From: an uncultured Acidobacteriota bacterium | Lineage (GTDB): Bacteria; Acidobacteriota; Vicinamibacteria; Vicinamibacterales; UBA2999 | Direction: 5' to 3' | DNA: 64,000 nucleotides | Assembly (NCBI GenBank): GCA_963846685.1 | Contig: CAWJWY010000002.1 | Location: 1,924,023-1,988,022, forward strand | In this document: one piece after another, positions 10,732 through 18,965 of the stretch | Layout: each line of letters opens with the position of its first letter | Numbering within the stretch: the stretch's first letter is position 1 | The notes under the pieces: model-generated | What the model was told of the DNA's origin: nothing | What the model saw: only the letters and a program-made list of their open reading frames with translations | Databases searched by the model: none | Program-made: the position numbers and the translations under genes

Positions 10732-10765
10732 ACCGCTGTCCGCCAGCCAGGAGGAAACAAGCACG

Positions 10766-11437
10766 GTGCCGCCGCTCAAGGAACTCTTCGACAACAACCG
10801 GCGCTGGGCCGCCAGCGTCACTGCGCGCGACCCGCAGTTCTTCGAGACACTCTCGAAGCAGCAGTCGCCGCGATATCTGTGGATCGGTTGCGCCGACAGC
10901 CGCGTGCCGGCAAATGAGATCGTCGGCCTGCGCCCCGGCGAACTGTTCGTCCACCGCAACGTGGCCAACGTCGTCATCCATGCCGATCTGAACTGCCTGT
11001 CAGTGCTGCAGTATGCCGTCGACGTGCTCGGCGTTGTCGACGTCATCGTCTGTGGTCATTATGGCTGCGGCGGCGTCCTCGCTGCCGACGCCAACCTGTC
11101 GATTGGCCTGGTGGACAACTGGCTGCGTCACGTGCAGAACGTGCGCGAGCGGCACCGGGACATCCTCGACCGTTGCGACGATGTCGCGACGCGGACCGAC
11201 CGGTTGTGCGAACTGAACGTGATCGAGCAGGTGCGCAACGTCTGCCAGACGACGGTGGTGCAGGATGCGTGGCGCCGGCAGCAGCAGCTGTCCATCCATG
11301 GCTGGACCTACGGATTGCACGACGGGTTGCTGCGGAACCTCGACGTGACGGTCACCGGCGGCAGCGAGCTCGAGGACGTGTACCAGCGGGCGGTTGCGGC
11401 GGTTGCCCATCACGCGACGGTTGCGGCAGAGGGCTGA
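10766..11437 (+). CDS. Beta-class carbonic anhydrase
   Basis: CADSRVP, HRNVAN and CGHYGCGG zinc-ligand motifs; GTG start at 10766. Confidence 0.85.
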   Translation: MPPLKELFDNNRRWAASVTARDPQFFETLSKQQSPRYLWIGCADSRVPANEIVGLRPGELFVHRNVANVVIHADLNCLSVLQYAVDVLGVVDVIVCGHYGCGGVLAADANLSIGLVDNWLRHVQNVRERHRDILDRCDDVATRTDRLCELNVIEQVRNVCQTTVVQDAWRRQQQLSIHGWTYGLHDGLLRNLDVTVTGGSELEDVYQRAVAAVAHHATVAAEG

Positions 11438-11605
11438 CGGCGCGGCTGCGTTGTCACCGTAATGCAACGCTGAGCTTCTGCCGCAGCCGGACGTTGGCCG
11501 CGCGGCGGTGATCCCCCGGCATGCCGTCAGGGTGCGCAAGCGGGGAGCCCTGCGGCGGTTGCAGGCACGCGCCGACTCGCCCCGCGGTGTCTTATACTCG
11601 CTGCC

Positions 11606-12100
11606 ATGCGCTCTTCACATGTCTTTTCGGCGGCGCTCATCTTCGCTGCCGCAGCCGCCACGCTCGTCGCTCAATCCGGCACCGCCACGACCACGGCGGG
11701 CGCTCGGCAGTCCACGCCATCGGCATCGTCGTCGACCGCACCCGCCGTGTTTTCCGGCCCGATGCCGTCGGGAAACGTCGAACACGGCCGCTATCTCGCA
11801 GAGCAGGTCGCGATGTGCGTCGAGTGTCACTCGGGGCGCGATGGGTCTGGAAACATTCTGCCGGGAGAGCGCTACCTTGGGGGTCAGATCCCGGTTGGTC
11901 CGCCGTGGGCGGTCGACTGGGCGACGCGGGCGCCACGGAACCAGGGGCTGTATGGATACAGCGATGCGCTGGCGATGCGCCTGCTGACCCAGGGGTCGAT
12001 CGGGCGCGACGGCCGCCAACTCAAGCCGCCGATGCCGCGCTTCAGGATGACGCCGCAGGACGCCGCCGACGTCATCGCCTACATGCGCTCGGCCAAGTAG
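11606..12100 (+). CDS. Monoheme c-type cytochrome, secreted
   Basis: Signal peptide plus CVECH heme-binding motif (CxxCH). Confidence 0.7.
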   Translation: MRSSHVFSAALIFAAAAATLVAQSGTATTTAGARQSTPSASSSTAPAVFSGPMPSGNVEHGRYLAEQVAMCVECHSGRDGSGNILPGERYLGGQIPVGPPWAVDWATRAPRNQGLYGYSDALAMRLLTQGSIGRDGRQLKPPMPRFRMTPQDAADVIAYMRSAK

Positions 12101-12130
12101 TCGGCCGCAGCCACTGACGTCGGGCTGGCG

Positions 12131-12457
12131 TCAGAACAGCGGCTTCATTGTCCAGTCGGAGCTGTTGACCAGAGCTTCGTAGTCGGCGTGCGAGATCGAG
12201 CGATTCGCGTAGCTGCAGGACACGATGAACATGTTCTTGCCCTCGTCCCAGTCGGAGCGGGTGACGGTGCAATCGAGCGTCGTGCCGCTGCTCGTGGTCA
12301 TCTGCAACGGCACGCCGGCCTTCGGGATCGACGGTAGTTCCAGCTGCTTGGTGAACCGGAACTGACTGTTATCGATCCGCCGCGGCTCTTGACCCGCCGC
12401 CTTGACGGTGAGCGACGGAACTTTCAGATTCATCTCGACGACTTGAGGTGCCATCAA
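12131..12457 (-). CDS. Hypothetical protein
   Basis: 108-aa ORF, no recognised motif. Confidence 0.3.
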   Translation of the reverse strand: MMAPQVVEMNLKVPSLTVKAAGQEPRRIDNSQFRFTKQLELPSIPKAGVPLQMTTSSGTTLDCTVTRSDWDEGKNMFIVSCSYANRSISHADYEALVNSSDWTMKPLF

Positions 12458-12560
12458 ATAGGGTCTCTTGGGCGCGCCGCCGGGCGTGCTGTTGAGACAT
12501 TCTAACCGGTCCCGTCAGCGGAAGCCGGCGCGCGAGCGGCCCGCGACCGGCGGCCGGCGT

Positions 12561-12592
12561 ACAAAGAAAAAGGCCGGGAACGGGTCCCGGCC
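12561..12592 (-). terminator. Rho-independent terminator downstream of the RRM-protein gene
   Basis: On the minus strand GGCCGGGA-cccgt-TCCCGGCC (perfect 8-bp stem) followed by TTTTTCTTTGT, immediately after the stop at 12619. Confidence 0.55.
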
Positions 12593-12618
12593 TCTCTCCA
12601 CGAATGTGGTGGCTCGGC

Positions 12619-12939
12619 TTACCAGCGCGCTTCGCGCTTGTTGCCGCCGTAGCCACCGCCGCCGCCATAACCACCGCCGCCGCCGCCGCTGCGGCGCTCC
12701 TGCGGCTTGGCCTCGTTGACCGTCAGGCGACGGCCTTCGAACTGGTACTGGTCGAGCTTCTCACAGGCCGTCTGGCCTTCGGCCGAATCCGTCATTTCGA
12801 CGAAGCCGAAGCCGCGCGAGCGGCCGGTCATCTGGTCGCGGATCAGGCGAACCGATTCGACCTGACCGATGGTGGAAAACAGCTCCTGGAGCTGCGCTTC
12901 TTCCGTGTTGAACGAAAGGTTTCCTACGTAGATTCTCAT
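12619..12939 (-). CDS. Glycine-rich RNA-binding protein (RRM domain)
   Basis: MRIYVGNLSF (RNP-2), RGFGFVEM (RNP-1), C-terminal GGGGGYGGGGGYGG tail; AAGGAA SD upstream of ATG 12939. Confidence 0.8.
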   Translation of the reverse strand: MRIYVGNLSFNTEEAQLQELFSTIGQVESVRLIRDQMTGRSRGFGFVEMTDSAEGQTACEKLDQYQFEGRRLTVNEAKPQERRSGGGGGGYGGGGGYGGNKREARW

Positions 12940-13089
12940 GCACGTTCCTTTGAAAGGTTGGAAGCAGCGGGCGCGGAACACTTCTGGGAGCGTGCAGGAA
13001 AGCGGGACTGACGCAGGCAGAGAGACGCAGCGGGATCCAACGGGACGGCCCCACTGTAGCAGGTTTCCCTGCGACGTGCACAATTTTCG

Positions 13090-13557
13090 TCAGGGTTGCT
13101 CCGGACGGGGCCTTGGCCGGAGCTCCACCTGTACGGTCAGCGTCGCCGAATCGATGCGCACCTTCTCGGTCAGTCCGAGTCCTTTCATGGCGCCAATCAA
13201 CCGGTGCATGTCCACCGGCGTGTCGACGACGGTAATGCCGAGTGCCTGGGTGTCGTGCTCACCCTCGAGCGCTGCGCGATCGCGAGGCCACATCGCGATG
13301 GCGGCGATTTGCGCCAACGGGTTGGGCTGGCCGCGCACCCAGCGCACCAGGTCGATGCCGTGGCCGCCGCGGGCCTGTGCGCCAAGGAAGACGATCACCG
13401 GCAGGCGTTCGACGGCGCATTCCAGCAGGTAGCGCTTCGCGCCGGCGATGTCGCCGACAACGCGCACGGCGTTGACCAGGCCGATGCGTTTCAACAAGGC
13501 GACGTGCGCCTCCACGTCGGTGTCGCTGTCGTCGACCAACAGGAAGGGAGGGAGCAT
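13090..13557 (-). CDS. Single-domain response regulator (CheY-like receiver)
   Basis: MLPPFLLVDDSDTDVEAHVALLKRIGL... receiver-domain start with acidic pocket; start at Met 13557. Confidence 0.55.
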   Translation of the reverse strand: MLPPFLLVDDSDTDVEAHVALLKRIGLVNAVRVVGDIAGAKRYLLECAVERLPVIVFLGAQARGGHGIDLVRWVRGQPNPLAQIAAIAMWPRDRAALEGEHDTQALGITVVDTPVDMHRLIGAMKGLGLTEKVRIDSATLTVQVELRPRPRPEQP

Positions 13558-13838
13558 CGCGGTGCACTCTATCAAGGCCAGGGCTGGCGGACGGGAGTGG
13601 AGCGGCCTGACGCGCTGCGACTTAGCCCGTGGGCGATCGCCTGGCACGCCGCGGCCTACCAGCGACGCGGTGTGCGGCGGGCACGGAGATGCCGGGTCCG
13701 CTCCGCGGCACCCGGCCTGCGAAACCTAGCCGACCGAAGAAACCGGCCGACGGAAGCCGGCCTGCGGCACCCGGCCTGCGGAACCGGCCTACGCGCGTGG
13801 CCGGGTGATAGCGCCTGGCCGAGTGATAATAGCTGCAC

Positions 13839-14072
13839 GTGTCGAACCCCGGCGACGCCCGGCCGGTCGCAACGCTCTGGCAGTTGTCGATGAAGGACGA
13901 CCGGCTCGCCTGCGTCGTCTACCGCCAGGACGATGGCCTTCACCTCAGCCTCGAATCGCCCACCGCGGTGATTCTCAGCGAACCATGCGACCTGCAGCCC
14001 CGCTCGCTGGCGCGAGCGCGCGCGCTATGCAGTTCGCTCAAACGGCGGGGGTGGACGGAAACGCCTGAATGA
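13839..14072 (+). CDS. Small hypothetical protein (GTG start)
   Basis: 77-aa ORF between the repeat-containing intergenic region and namZ; weak support. Confidence 0.2.
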   Translation: MSNPGDARPVATLWQLSMKDDRLACVVYRQDDGLHLSLESPTAVILSEPCDLQPRSLARARALCSSLKRRGWTETPE

Positions 14073-14092
14073 GCTCACCTTCCTATTGAATA

Positions 14093-15297
14093 ATGAACCC
14101 TATGTCTCGTGCGATTGGCGCCGTGCAGGCCGGCACCGTCCGGCTCGGGTCCGACCATCTGCTGTCGTCGCCGCGGCTGCGCGGCACGCGGGTCGGCATT
14201 GTCTGCAATCATGCGTCGCTCGACCGCGGCTTCGTCCACATCGTCGACCGGCTGGCGCAGGCTGACGATGTCCGGCTCACGGCAATCTTCGGTCCGCAGC
14301 ACGGCTTTCGCTCCGACGTGCAGGACAACATGATCGAGACGCCGCACCGCGACGATCCGGGCGCGGCGCGTGCCGATCTACTCGCTGTACAGCGAGACGC
14401 GCGAGCCGACGGCGGAGATGCTGCGCGGCCTCGACGTCCTGGTCATCGACCTGCAGGACATCGGCGCCCGGATCTACACCTACATCTACACCATGGCGAA
14501 CTGCCTGCGCGCGTGCGCCCGGCACGGCGTGCCGGTGATCGTGTGCGACCGGCCGAACCCGATCAACGGCGTCGATGTCGAAGGCGAACTGCTCGCGCCC
14601 GGCTTCGAATCGTTCGTCGGTCAGTTCCCGATCCCGATGCGGCACGGCATGACCATCGGCGAGCTGGCGCGGCTGTTCAACGAGCACTTCCGTATCGGCG
14701 CCGCGCTCGAAGTGGCGAAGATGACCGGCTGGGAGCGCGAGATGTATGCCGACGAGACCGGCCTGCCCTGGGTGATGCCGTCGCCGAACATGCCGACGCT
14801 CGACACCGCGATCGTCTATCCGGGCACCGTGCTGTTCGAAGGCACGATGCTGTCGGAGGGGCGCGGCACGACACGACCGTTCGAGCTGGTCGGCGCGCCG
14901 TGGATCGAGGCGGAACGGTTTGCCCGCGCGATGAACGACCTCGGCCTGCCGGGCGCCTTCTTCCGTCCCGCCGTGTTCGAGCCGACGTTCCAGAAGCACG
15001 CGAAGCAGCCGTGCGGCGGCTGCCAGATCCACGTGACCGACCGGACCGCGTTCAAGCCGGTGCTCACCGGTCGGCGCTGATCGCAGATGTTCCGCCGCTT
15101 CGACCCCGGACACCTTCGCCTGGCGCCAGCCGCCCTACGAGTACGAGCACGACAAGCTGCCGATCGACATCCTGGCCGGTTCGACCGCAGCTGCGCGAAC
15201 AGATCGAAGCCGGAGTCGCCGCCACCGACATCGCCGCGAGCTGGCGGCAGGACGAGACCCGTTCCGAAAAGTCAGTGAGCCTTATCGCATTTATTGA
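14093..15297 (+). pseudogene. namZ: Exo-beta-N-acetylmuramidase NamZ (DUF1343 family), disrupted by >=3 frameshifts
   Basis: N-terminal segment in frame 2 (VGIVCNHASL...TAIFGPQHGFRSDVQD); middle in frame 0 (14370..15080: [20 protein letters not shown]); C-terminal motifs TFAWRQPPYEYEHDKLPIDILAGS and PQLREQIEAGVAATDIAASW in two further frames. Confidence 0.7.
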
Positions 15298-15340
15298 GGG
15301 GGATCACCCGCTGAACCCCCTGCCCCCCGAACCGTAACGC

Positions 15341-16206
15341 CTACGTCCTCGTCTTCGCGATTCCCGGCGCCTTCATCTCCTGCGCGGTGGGCGGGACGAG
15401 GTGGTGCTCGGTCAGGTGCTCCTTCAGCAGCTCGAACGCCTCCTGCGGCGTGTTCGCCGGTGTCACCAAGCTGATGTCGGGAACGCTGATGGCGCCCCAG
15501 TCGGCCATCGGCTCGCAGCTGCAGGATCGGGTCCCAGTAGTCCGAGCCGTAGAGGATGATCTGGATCTGCTTTTCGAGCTTCTCGGTCTGCATCAGCGTC
15601 AGGATCTCGAACATCTCGTCGAGCGTGCCGAAGCCGCCCGGAAAGATCACCAGCGCCTTCGCCAGGTAGGCGAACCAGAACTTGCGCATGAAGAAGTAGT
15701 GGAACTCGAAGTGCAGCCCGTCGGTGATGTAGCGGTTCGCGCCCTGCTCGAACGGCAGCCGGATGTTCAGGCCGATCGTCTTGCCGCCGGCCTCGTGGGC
15801 GCCGCGGTTGGCCGCCTCCATGATGCCCGGGTCCGCCGCCCGAGGTGACGACGAAGCGGTGGTGCGGCGAATCGAGCGTCATCGCCCATTCGGTCAGCAG
15901 CCCGGCGAGCTGGCGCGCGTCTTCGTAGTAGCGCGACCACTCGACCGCCTTGCGGCCGCGCGCCAGGTGCCGTTCGACCTCGCTGCCGGCGAGCGTGCCG
16001 TACTTCTGCTGCAGCTGTTCGAGCGCCTGCTGCGCCGATTCGCGGCTGTGGATGCGCGCCGAGCCGAAGAACACGACGGTGTCCTGGATGTTCTGCGCCT
16101 TGAACCGGCGCAGCGGCTCGAGGTATTCGGCGAGAATGCGGATCGGGCGAGCTTCGTCGCTCTCGAGAAAAGTCGGATCGAGGTAGGCGAGCGGCTGCGA
16201 GTGCAT
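15341..16206 (-). pseudogene. LOG-family protein (TIGR00730 Rossmann-fold nucleotide-binding), two frameshifts
   Basis: N-terminus ...FVVTSGGGPG then a frame switch to IMEAANRGAHEAGGKTIGLNI...PGGFGTLDE...ILYGSDYWDPILQL, then a third frame MADWGAISVPDISLVTPANTPQEAFELLKEHL. Confidence 0.7.
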
Positions 16207-16243
16207 CGGTCCATTATCCTTTACGGCTTCCCGACCACCGTGC

Positions 16244-16709
16244 GTGAACTCGAACCAGAGCCTGACCGTCAACGCCCCGCCGGCCGTGGTGCTCGACGCC
16301 TTCTTCGACAATGACGCGCTGATCGCGTGGTGGCAGGTGCGCCGTTCGTTGTGCGTGCCCCGGCCGCTCGGCAGCTACGCCCTGGAGTGGGAGCCGACCG
16401 AGTGGCGCGACGACATCCTCGGCCGTCTCGGCGGCACGTTTCACGGCACCGTGATGGAGTTCAAGCCGGGCCGCGAGTTCTTCGTCGCCGACGCCTACTG
16501 GCTGCCGCCCGGATGGCACGCCGATCGGGCCGATGGCCCTGACCGTGACCTGCACGATGCACGGCACGGCGACCGTGCTGCACGTGCGGCAGTCCGGATG
16601 GGCCAACAGCCCGCGTTGGAGCCGCTACTACGACATCATCGCCACCGGTTACGCGCTGTCGCTCGAGGACCTCAAGGCGCACGTCGAGCACAGGTGGAAT
16701 GCAGGTTGA
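16244..16709 (+). pseudogene. SRPBCC-superfamily (AHSA1/polyketide-cyclase-like) protein with one frameshift
   Basis: N-terminus LTVNAPPAVVLDAFFDNDALIAWW...GTFHGTVMEFKPGREF in one frame; C-terminus MALTVTCTMHGTATVLHVRQSGWANSPRWSRYYDIIATGYALSLEDLKAHVEHRW in another; switch near 16520. Confidence 0.6.
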
Positions 16710-16737
16710 GCAAGGCCCGATGCGCGATGCGGAATGC

Positions 16738-18163
16738 TCACACACGCTGGATCTTCAGGAAATTCGACGGCCCGCGCACGAGGTCGGGGGTGACGCTGAC
16801 CAGCACGATCACCGATCCGTGCGGCAACGCGTCGCGCGTGACGAGCTCTTCGCCGATGCGGCTGGCGACGGCGTTGACGTCACCGCTCAGTTCGGCAAAG
16901 ACGGGGACGACGCCCCAGGTCAGCGCCAGCCGCCGCGTCACGGCGGGCTGGTCGGTCGCGGCGAAGATCGGCACCGCCGGGCGCAGCGCCGACAGCACGC
17001 GCGCGGTCTTGCCTCCGCGCGTCACGGCAACAATCGCGCTGGCGTGACCGCGTTCCGACTAGCGTCACGGCCGCTTCGCACATCGCGCGACCGTGCCCGG
17101 TCAAGTACCGGGATCTCACCCACCGGCGACAGCGCCGGAATCGGCATGCGCCTCGGCGTCGCGGATCACCAGGTCGAGCGTCTGCACGGTGCGTGACGGG
17201 AAGGCGCCGGCCGCCGTCTCGCCGGCCAGCATGATGGCGTCGACACGATCGTGCACGGCGTTGGCCGCGTCGCTGACCTCGGCCCGGGTCGGCCGCGGCT
17301 CCTTGACGCATCGACTCGAACACCTGGGTGGCGACGATCACCGGGATGCCGAGCGCGCGGGCCCGGCGCGTGATCTCCTTCTGCACCCGCGGCACGCGTT
17401 CGAGCGGCAGCTCGAGCCCGAGATCGCCGCGCGCCACCATCACCGCGTCGGACTCGCGCAGGATCTCCTCGATGTGCGCGACCGCTTCCGGCCGTTCCAG
17501 CTTGGCTATGAGCGGGATGTGCGGGGCGCCGGCGTGGCGCAGCGCCTCGCGCGCCTGGCGCATGTCGGCGGCGGTCTGCACGAAGCTCAAGGCGATGAAA
17601 TCGACGCCCTGGCTGGACGCCGAACGCGAGGTCCTCGGCGTCCTTCGGCGTCAACCCGACCGACGGCAGCGTCGACGCCCGGGGCGTTGATGCCCTTGTG
17701 CTCGCCGAGCAGCCCGCCGTCGACCACGGTGGTGCTCAGGCCGCTGACCGTCCGAGTCCTCCACCCGCAACTGGATCCGCCCGTCGTCGAGCAGCAGCGC
17801 GTCGCCGCGGTGCACCGACTTGGCCAGATCGGCGTAGGTGGTGGAGACCCGGCCGGGCTCGCCCTCGAAGTCGCCGGCCTCGATCACCAGCGATCGTCGC
17901 CGGCGTTCAGCGGCAGTGGCTTCCCACCTTTGAGCGGACCGGTCCGGATCTTCGGGCCGCTGAGGTCCTGCAGGAGAGCGACACAGCGGCGCGCGTCGGC
18001 CGCGGCCTGGCGCACCCGGGCCATGGCCTGGGCATGGCTCTGCGTGCGTGCCGTGCGAGAAATTAAGCCGGAAGACGTCGACGCCGGCGGCGATCAGCTC
18101 GCGAATGCCGGCTTCGCTGCTCGACGCGGGGCCGAGGGTGGCGATGATCTTGGTTTGGCGCAC
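16738..18163 (-). pseudogene. pyk: Pyruvate kinase, disrupted by several frameshifts
   Basis: N-terminus [38 protein letters not shown] (17651..18163 frame); middle IAKLERPEAV...MVARGDLGLELP...[13 protein letters not shown] (16880..17590 frame); [31 protein letters not shown] is restored by deleting one C near 17308; C-terminal PK_C domain in the 16738..17025 frame. Confidence 0.75.
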
Positions 18164-18366
18164 GCCGGTATGTTACAGGGTCGCTTCGGGGGCCGGCCGG
18201 CATCCGTCCAGCCGGCATCCGTCCAGCCGGCATCTCGTCCCTGGGTGTTCGGTTACCGGCCGGCCAGCGTTTCCCGGACATGACGCCGAAAATCATTTCG
18301 CTGGCGCCGCTCCGCGGATATCATCCGGACCGCCGCGGCGCCTCTTCTGCCCCCCAGGAGATTCCC

Positions 18367-18945
18367 ATGGATCTCGAGTCGTCGCTCGATCTGCTGAATC
18401 TGGTCAAGGCCGGCGATGGTGATGCGCTCGACCGGCTCCTCACCCGCTACCAGGTGCCGCTGCGCCGCTGGGCCCGTGGCCGTCTGCCCACCTGGGCGCG
18501 CGACATGTCGGACACCGACGACCTCGTGCAGGACGCGGTGCTCAAGACGCTGCGTCACCTGAAAGAGTTCGAATACGCCGGACCTGGCGCGCTGCACGGC
18601 TACCTGCGCACCGCTGTCATGAACCGGATCCGCGACGAGCTCCGCCGGGCCGAGCGGCATCCGGTCCCCTCAGCGATCGAAGAAGACATGGCCGGCGAGA
18701 TGACCTCACCGCTCGACGCCGCCATCGGCGCCGAAGCGGTCGCCCGCTATGAAGCCGGCCTCCAGCAGCTCAGCGAGGGCGACCGGGAGCTGATCATCGC
18801 ACGCGTCGAGTGCGGCTTTTCCTACGAAGAAATCGCCGCGATCTTCCACAAGCCAACGGCGGCGGCCGCCGGCATGGCGGTGCGGCGCGCCTTGCTCAAA
18901 CTGGCGGATGCGATGGAGCCGCGGACGGCAGCAGCGGCGAACTGA
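18367..18945 (+). CDS. ECF-type RNA polymerase sigma-70 factor
   Basis: Sigma region 2 (DLVQDAVLKTLRHL) and region 4 (LSEGDRELIIARVECGFSYEEIAAIF); GGAG SD before ATG 18367. Confidence 0.75.
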   Translation: MDLESSLDLLNLVKAGDGDALDRLLTRYQVPLRRWARGRLPTWARDMSDTDDLVQDAVLKTLRHLKEFEYAGPGALHGYLRTAVMNRIRDELRRAERHPVPSAIEEDMAGEMTSPLDAAIGAEAVARYEAGLQQLSEGDRELIIARVECGFSYEEIAAIFHKPTAAAAGMAVRRALLKLADAMEPRTAAAAN

Positions 18946-18965
18946 CCCAGTGCGGGGCGCACCGG

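Noticed and set aside
11508-12117. Alternative-frame ORFs overlapping the cytochrome c gene
   Set aside because: The CxxCH-containing frame with signal peptide (11606..12100) is clearly the real one
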